Below, one piece after another: positions 58,345-64,000 of a DNA stretch of 64,000 bases (the stretch's first letter is position 1; each line of letters starts with the position of its first letter). The stretch covers positions 81,582-145,581 of the forward strand of contig CAZCNY010000007.1 in the NCBI GenBank assembly GCA_964500675.1. The letters are read 5' to 3'. The notes below the pieces were generated by a model. It worked only from the letters and a program-made list of their open reading frames with translations, was not told where the DNA came from and made no database searches. Both the position numbers and the translations under genes were made by a program. The DNA comes from an uncultured Verrucomicrobiaceae bacterium. GTDB taxonomy: Bacteria > Pseudomonadota > Gammaproteobacteria > Pseudomonadales > CAMLJR01.

Positions 58345-59082
58345 CTAATTGCCGCGATGAGGTCGAGCGCATCCGAACAAAATCAAATCACTCAACTGCC
58401 GCGAAACTTCGGAAAGGTCGCCGGTTTTTCCCGTCATGACACGATCCATTGCGATCGCGAAAAACATGCCGAAGCTCGCCAGTTCAACCAAGTCCGGGTC
58501 CATCGTATCCTTGATCACATTGCGCACGAGTTCCGTGCGCGCTTTGATCAGCGGTTGGATTTGTTCCCGATACAGTTTTTTACCCAGCGTCTGATCCGAG
58601 AATAATGCCTGAGCCAATAACGGATAAATCTCAATCATATTCTCCAGATGTTTTTGCATGCCCGTGTTGATGAGTTTCGACAAACTTTCGGGCGAATCGG
58701 CCGCCTCATAGACCTGGTAGCGCTCGCGCACGCCTTCGAGCAGCGCAACCAGCGGCTGCAAAACGGCGGCGGCGAACAAATCTTCCTTCGATTTGAAATG
58801 GCCGAACAGCGTTGCTTGATTGATGCCGGCGGCCTGCGCGAGATCGCGGGTGCGCGAGCCTCGTAAGCCGGAGCGTGCGAAGACTTCCTTAGCCGCTTCG
58901 AGAATCAGTTGTCTGCGTTCTTCGGCGGGCAAATAGTGCCGGCGTTTTTCCGATGCCGATGGTTTGCGGGAATTTTCAGCCGTCGATTGTGCTTTTGTCT
59001 TTTTCGGCGGATGTTTTTTTGCCGTGGGTTTTTCTCGATTCATTGCTGCTGATACCTGAGTGCTTGAATTAACCGGCGCCAT
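58345..59082 (-). CDS. TetR-family transcriptional regulator with basic N-terminal extension
   Basis: ORF 58345..59427 trimmed to ATG 59082 (alternative 59043). HTH is RTRDLAQAAGINQATLFGHFKSKEDLF. The 5' part of the listed ORF is antisense to the CAR start. Confidence 0.85.
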   Translation of the reverse strand: MAPVNSSTQVSAAMNREKPTAKKHPPKKTKAQSTAENSRKPSASEKRRHYLPAEERRQLILEAAKEVFARSGLRGSRTRDLAQAAGINQATLFGHFKSKEDLFAAAVLQPLVALLEGVRERYQVYEAADSPESLSKLINTGMQKHLENMIEIYPLLAQALFSDQTLGKKLYREQIQPLIKARTELVRNVIKDTMDPDLVELASFGMFFAIAMDRVMTGKTGDLSEVSRQLSDLILFGCARPHRGN

Positions 59083-59153
59083 AAAGCCAACGGTTTGCGA
59101 TCTGCGCTTGAGCGTAAGTATGGAGAAGATGCGGCGGCAAACCAACCGCATAG

Positions 59154-59184
59154 TTGGAATTGGGTTGGTTGGTATGGTATAAAT
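59154..59184 (+). promoter_or_regulatory. candidate sigma70 promoter of the CAR gene
   Basis: TTGGAA (59154-59159), an 18-nt spacer, then TATAAAT (59178-59184), ~35 nt upstream of ATG 59219. Confidence 0.35.
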
Positions 59185-59198
59185 CAACCAGTTGGTTG
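59185..59198. promoter_or_regulatory. inverted repeat, candidate TetR operator
   Basis: CAACCA-GT-TGGTTG lies directly after the -10-like element. A second pair, AACCAACC (59140-59147) / GGTTGGTT (59163-59170), lies upstream. Confidence 0.4.
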
Positions 59199-59218
59199 GA
59201 TTATCGCTGAGGCTGCCC

Positions 59219-62200
59219 ATGACCACGACCACCAGGACTACTACTGCCACGACCACTAGCGCGAAGACTGCGACCGAGGATACCGATCCGCGCGTGAAGT
59301 TGGCGCAGCGCATGAAAATGTTCAGCGCCGAAGATGCGCAGTTCCGCGCCGCATTTCCACTCCAAGAGGTCAGCGAAGCGAAGCGGCAACCGGGATTGCG
59401 ACTCGCCCAGATCGTGCAAATCGTCATGGAAGGTTATGCCGAGCGACCGGCGCTCGGGCAGCGCGCACGCGAGCTCGTCACCGATCCCGCCAACGGGCGC
59501 AAAACGCTCAGGCTCTTGCCGAAATTCGAAACCATCAGTTATCGGGATTTGTGGGCGCGGTCGCGTGCGGTCGCCAGCGCATGGCATCGCGACCCCAAAA
59601 ATCCGCTGCGCGCGGGCGATTTCGTTTGCATTCTGGGTTTCACGACCCCGGACTACGCGGCGATTTTGTTGGCGAATATTTCGCTCGGCGCGGTCAATGT
59701 GCCGCTGCAAACGAGCGCCTCGGTGCGCAATCACGTCGATATCATGGCCGAAACCGAAGCGCGCATTTTGGCCGCGAGCATCGATTACCTCGATGCCGCG
59801 GTGAACGCCGTGCTTGCGAGCGCGGTACCGCAGCGCCTGGTGGTTTTTGATTACGATGCGCGCGACGACGATCAGCGCGAAAAATGGCAGAACGCACATA
59901 AGCGATTGGCGGATGCGAACAGCGCGATCGTTGTCGATACGCTCGATGCAAGCGCCGATCGCGGCATGGCGCTACCGTTAGAGCCGCTGTTTGTGCCGGC
60001 AGCCGACGAAGATCCGCTGGCGTGGTTGTTTTACACCTCCGGTTCTACGGGTACGCCGAAAGGGGCGATCTTCACCGAGAAACTCGCGATCACGACTTGG
60101 CTCAGCGATGTGCCGATGCCGGTGATCACGCTGAGTTTCATGCCGATGGCGCACTTGGTCGGCAACGGTTATCTGCTGCTCGCGCTGGCGAACGGAGGCA
60201 CGAGTTATTGTTCGCCGAGAGCCGATTTGTCGACATTGTTCGAGGATTTTTCGCTGGCTCGCCCCACGATGAGTTCGTTAGTGCCGCGCGTTTGCGAATT
60301 GTTTTATCACCACTATCTCAGTGAGGTCGAAAGGCTCGGCGCAAGCCTCGCCGCTGAAATCAAAAAAGAAATGCGAGAGAAGACGATGGGCGGCCGCTTG
60401 TTATCGGTCGGTTGTGGTTCGGCTTCGCTCGCGCCGGAAACTTATGCGTTCATGGAATCGATGCTCGATATGCACATGGCCATCGGTTATTCCTCCACGG
60501 AAATCGCAGGCGGCACCGTGCTCGTCGATTGGAAGGTGCAGCGTCCGCCCGTGATTGATTACAAACTCGACGATGTACCCGAATTAGGGTATTTCAAAAC
60601 CGACAAACCGTATCCGCGCGGCGAGCTGTTGGTGAAATCCGATCGTTTCATGGGCGGCTATTACAAGCAGCCCGGTCTCACGGCGGACAAGTTCGACGCC
60701 GATGGTTTTTATCGGACCGGCGACGTCATGGCCGAGCGCGGGCCAGACCATCTGACGTTTGTCGATCGGCGCAACAATGTCATCAAGCTCTCGCAAGGCG
60801 AATTCGTCGCGATCTCGCGGCTGGAGGCGTTGTATTCGCACAGCCCGGAGATTCGACAGATTTACATTTATGGCACGAGCGAGCGCGCGTTTCTGCTCGC
60901 CGTCATCGTGCCTTCCGAAGAACTCGTCGCCGGGCTCGGGCGCGATGGTGCGGGGCGCGACTCAGTGAAGCTCGCGCTGCGCCATTCGCTGAAATGGATC
61001 GCCGATCAAGAAAATCTCAATGGCTACGAAATTCCGCGCGATTTTTTGATCGAGACCGAGCCATTCAGTTTGAAGAACGGACTTCTCACCGAAGTCGGCA
61101 AGCATCAGCGTCCGAAACTGAAGGAGCGTTACGACGAGCAGTTGGAGCAACTGTACACTCACATTGCGCGGGAGCAGCTCGATGAATTGCGCGCGCTGCG
61201 CTCCGGCGGCGCCGATCGACCGACGCTGGAAACCGTGACGCGCGCATTGCAGGCGGTTCTCGGTGTCGCCGCGACGGATGTAAGCCCCGAGGTGAAATAC
61301 GGCGAATTGGGAGGAGACTCGCTGTCGGCGCTCGAATTTTCGAAATTGCTGGAAGATATTTTCGACATCGAAGTGCCCGTCGGCGTCATTATCAATCCCG
61401 CCGGCAACGTGCGAGGTATCGCGGACTACATCGAGGCCGAGCGCAATTCCAGTGCGAAGCGTCCGACGTTTGCGCGCGTGCACGGCAAGCACAGCACCGT
61501 GGTGTCCGCCGCCGAACTCACGCTCGATAAGTTCATCGATCAGCGGATTCTCTCTAACGCATTAACACTGCCGCGATCCGGTGAATCCGTTCGTACGGTC
61601 CTGTTGACCGGCGCCACGGGTTATCTCGGCCGCTTCCTCGCCCTGTCGTGGTTGGAGCAAATGGCTAAAACCGGCGGTCAGCTCATGCTTATTGTGCGAT
61701 CTAACGATTTATCTGAGGCGCGACGGCGCATCGAAGGCGCGCTCGCTACCGATCCCGAATTGACGAAACATTTTCAAGCGCTGGCCGCTGATCATCTCGA
61801 AGTGATAGCAGGCGATCTCGGCGCGCCAAATCTCGGCTTGGATGCAGCAACCTGGGACCGGCTCGCCGAAACGGTCGACGCGATCGTGCACTCGGGTGCG
61901 CACGTCAATCACGTGTTGCCTTACAACCAATTGTTCGCGGCAAATGTGGCCGGCACGGCGGAATTGATCCGGCTCGCGATCACGAGCCGGCGCAAACGCA
62001 TTCACTACATCTCGACGCTGGGCGTGAGCGCGTTGTCGACTCGTCTGGTCGATGAAGACAGCGATATTCGCGATGCCGTGCCCGTCTGCGAAATTAACGC
62101 TAGCTATGCTAACGGCTACGGCATCAGCAAATGGGCGAGCGAAGTTCTGCTGCGCGAAGCGTTCGATTTGTGCGAATTGCCGATCGATGTTTTCCGCCCC

Positions 62201-62764
62201 GGCATGATTCTCGCGCACAGCCGTTACCAGGGGCAGTTGAACGTGCCCGATATGTTCACACGGTTGCTGTTCAGTCTGGCTGTCACCGGCGTGGCACCGG
62301 CGAGTTTTTACGCACAGGATGTGTCGGCGGGGCGGCCGCGCGCGCGCTACGAAGGTTTTGCCGCCGATTTTCTCGCCGCTGCGATCGTCGCGATCGGCAG
62401 CCGGGATACGCAGGGGTTTCACACATACAATCTGTCGAGCCCGCACGAGGAGGGCGTCGGGCTCGATGATTTCGTCGATTGGCTCGTCGATGCCGGTTGC
62501 AACATCGAACGCGTCGCTAAGTACGACGAGTGGCTGACGCGATTCGAAACCGCGATGCAGGCGCTGCCTGAAGCGCAGAAGCAGCAATCATTGCTCGCGC
62601 TGCTCGGACCGTATCGAAATCCGCAGATGGCCGGTGCAAAATCGCCGTTGACGAGTGAGCGGTTCTGCGCAGCGGCGACAGCAGCCGGTTTCAATATTCC
62701 CCGCTTGTCGGCGGCGCTGATCACCAAGTACGTTGCCGACTTGCGGCATCTTGGCTTGTTGTAA
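59219..62764 (+). CDS. carboxylic acid reductase (adenylation - PCP - thioester reductase; FadD9/CAR type)
   Basis: ORF 59192 (TTG) trimmed to ATG 59219. Has A-domain motifs LFYTSGSTGTPKGA and YRTGDV, carrier motif LGGDSLSA, reductase Rossmann LLTGATGYLGRFL and YGISKWASE (YxxxK). Overall 1181 aa, like Nocardia/Mycobacterium CARs. Confidence 0.9.
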   Translation: MTTTTRTTTATTTSAKTATEDTDPRVKLAQRMKMFSAEDAQFRAAFPLQEVSEAKRQPGLRLAQIVQIVMEGYAERPALGQRARELVTDPANGRKTLRLLPKFETISYRDLWARSRAVASAWHRDPKNPLRAGDFVCILGFTTPDYAAILLANISLGAVNVPLQTSASVRNHVDIMAETEARILAASIDYLDAAVNAVLASAVPQRLVVFDYDARDDDQREKWQNAHKRLADANSAIVVDTLDASADRGMALPLEPLFVPAADEDPLAWLFYTSGSTGTPKGAIFTEKLAITTWLSDVPMPVITLSFMPMAHLVGNGYLLLALANGGTSYCSPRADLSTLFEDFSLARPTMSSLVPRVCELFYHHYLSEVERLGASLAAEIKKEMREKTMGGRLLSVGCGSASLAPETYAFMESMLDMHMAIGYSSTEIAGGTVLVDWKVQRPPVIDYKLDDVPELGYFKTDKPYPRGELLVKSDRFMGGYYKQPGLTADKFDADGFYRTGDVMAERGPDHLTFVDRRNNVIKLSQGEFVAISRLEALYSHSPEIRQIYIYGTSERAFLLAVIVPSEELVAGLGRDGAGRDSVKLALRHSLKWIADQENLNGYEIPRDFLIETEPFSLKNGLLTEVGKHQRPKLKERYDEQLEQLYTHIAREQLDELRALRSGGADRPTLETVTRALQAVLGVAATDVSPEVKYGELGGDSLSALEFSKLLEDIFDIEVPVGVIINPAGNVRGIADYIEAERNSSAKRPTFARVHGKHSTVVSAAELTLDKFIDQRILSNALTLPRSGESVRTVLLTGATGYLGRFLALSWLEQMAKTGGQLMLIVRSNDLSEARRRIEGALATDPELTKHFQALAADHLEVIAGDLGAPNLGLDAATWDRLAETVDAIVHSGAHVNHVLPYNQLFAANVAGTAELIRLAITSRRKRIHYISTLGVSALSTRLVDEDSDIRDAVPVCEINASYANGYGISKWASEVLLREAFDLCELPIDVFRPGMILAHSRYQGQLNVPDMFTRLLFSLAVTGVAPASFYAQDVSAGRPRARYEGFAADFLAAAIVAIGSRDTQGFHTYNLSSPHEEGVGLDDFVDWLVDAGCNIERVAKYDEWLTRFETAMQALPEAQKQQSLLALLGPYRNPQMAGAKSPLTSERFCAAATAAGFNIPRLSAALITKYVADLRHLGLL

Positions 62765-62800
62765 CCGACAAATGTAGCAGTCAATCAGAAGGAAAAATTC

Positions 62801-64000
62801 TTGGATCGAATAGATTGGATTCGCGGCGATTCGATGGGCTTGGAGATTCCGGCCCACAGCGAATCGTTGCGAGCGGGCGGGGCCGAATTTCTTACTCATG
62901 CATTTCATGCCGCCGGTTCGCTGCCAACGGATAACCGCGTTATGCGCATTGCGGAGTGCAAGGAGGTTGCGGGCGGTAGCACTGGGCGTAAATTGCTGCT
63001 CGCGGTGGAATACGAAAAATCGTCGCCGAATTTGCACACTGATCTGTTCGTGAAATTCTCGCGCGATTTCGACGATGAAATTCGCGATCAAGCGAAAAGT
63101 CAAATGGAGCTGGAAGTGCTGTTTGCGTTGTTGTCGCGCAGCCCCGAATTTCCGATAGCCGTGCCGATTTGTTATTTCTCCGATTATCACCGCGAGTCCG
63201 GCACCGGAATTCTGATCACGCAACGCATTACGTATGACGCGAATGGTGTCGAGCCGCACTACGCAAAATGTCTTGATTATCATATGTCGGATCAGCTCGG
63301 GCATTACCAGGCGCTGATCAGGGCGCTGGCGCGTTTGGCGGGAACACATAAAGCCGGACGTTTGCCGGATATTGTCGAAAAATATTTTCCGTTCGACCAC
63401 GCCAGGCTGGTTGTGAGCAAGCGCGTCGCGTATACGCCCGAGCAAATCAGTGAGAGAGTGTTTGCATACGCGGAATTTGCAAAAAAATATCCGCAACTGT
63501 TGCCGGCAAACATTCGTTCCGATGAGTTTTTCGCGCGCTTAACAGCAGAAGCGCCGCGCTTTCAGGCATTGATGGCGGTTGGTCATCAGGTTTTGCAAAG
63601 CAGACACGACATGATCGCGCTCTGTCATTGGAATGCGCACATCGATAATGCGTGGTTTTGGCGCAATAGCGAAGGCCGGCTGCAATGCGGTCTCATGGAT
63701 TGGGGCAATGTGAGCCAAATGAATGTGGCAATGGCGATTTGGGGTTGCCTGAGCGGCGCTGAACTCACACTCTGGGACGAGCATTTGGACGAGCTGCTGA
63801 CATTATTTATTCGCGAATTTCAACACTGCGGCGGCCCCGCGCTCGATTTCGCCGAATTGAAATTGCATTTAACTATCTACGTGGCGGCGATGGGTTTGAA
63901 CTGGATGCTGGACTCGACGCGTTTGTTGTCGAAGATTCCCGATTTGGCAACAGCGGAAAATCGCCTCGACGCGCGTATTCAAGTCAACGAGCGCGCACGC
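62801..64000 (+). CDS. phosphotransferase-family protein (APH/choline-kinase-like fold), 3' end outside window
   Basis: Absent from the ORF track because it is open at the window end. My translation from TTG 62801 (AAGGA RBS; alternative ATG 62834) gives 400 in-frame codons, including LCHWNAHIDNAWFW (catalytic-loop HxxxxDN) and GLMDWGNV (DxG-like metal site). Confidence 0.75.
   Translation, partial: MDRIDWIRGDSMGLEIPAHSESLRAGGAEFLTHAFHAAGSLPTDNRVMRIAECKEVAGGSTGRKLLLAVEYEKSSPNLHTDLFVKFSRDFDDEIRDQAKSQMELEVLFALLSRSPEFPIAVPICYFSDYHRESGTGILITQRITYDANGVEPHYAKCLDYHMSDQLGHYQALIRALARLAGTHKAGRLPDIVEKYFPFDHARLVVSKRVAYTPEQISERVFAYAEFAKKYPQLLPANIRSDEFFARLTAEAPRFQALMAVGHQVLQSRHDMIALCHWNAHIDNAWFWRNSEGRLQCGLMDWGNVSQMNVAMAIWGCLSGAELTLWDEHLDELLTLFIREFQHCGGPALDFAELKLHLTIYVAAMGLNWMLDSTRLLSKIPDLATAENRLDARIQVNERAR

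Noticed and set aside
62588-63496. 302-aa minus-strand ORF listed in the track downstream of CAR
   Set aside because: The plus strand carries a 400-codon open frame with kinase-fold motifs and an AAGGA RBS. That frame is open at the window end and so absent from the track. The minus ORF overlaps the CAR 3' end and has no recognisable features.

Overview
This 64-kb chromosomal segment has a moderately GC-rich backbone; 60-nt lines I counted in core genes run about 55-60% G+C. The gene content looks gammaproteobacterial. Housekeeping genes include hemB, hemL, thiD, hemJ, argC, erpA, a complete kdpFABC-kdpDE locus, glpK, ygiQ, purU, phoBR followed by pstB-phoU, and a HiPIP. There is also a glyoxylate-shunt block: aceK-glcB-icd, a LysR regulator and an isocitrate-lyase-like gene. 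Several accessory modules are unusual for such a backbone. (1) A compact five-gene coenzyme F420 biosynthesis cluster (npdG-cofE-cofD-cofC-fbiC). (2) A six-gene operon joining two novel paralogous polytopic membrane proteins, a NorE/NorF-like (oxidase subunit III/IV-like) pair, a LuxA-like flavin monooxygenase and an SDR. It lies directly behind a deletion scar made of a broken AraC gene and a TonB-receptor tail. (3) A minus-strand operon of sulfotransferase, unknown 360-aa protein, SDR, probable F420-dependent LLM and an unlisted 42-codon ORF. (4) A TetR-controlled actinobacterial-type carboxylic acid reductase followed by an APH-like kinase. (5) A strongly AT-rich single-gene insertion with a possible HEPN Rx4H motif. 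(6) An isocitrate lyase homologue that keeps the fold and metal ligands but lacks the catalytic KKCGH signature and the C-terminal lid. Gene remnants mark past rearrangements: an LLM tail, an AraC gene, a TonB-receptor tail and a hydrolase paralogue head. I recognised no rRNA, tRNA, CRISPR array, transposase or integrase. All functional calls come from my own motif-level reading of the translated ORFs, not from database searches. Start codons were refined by eye from RBS and overlap context.
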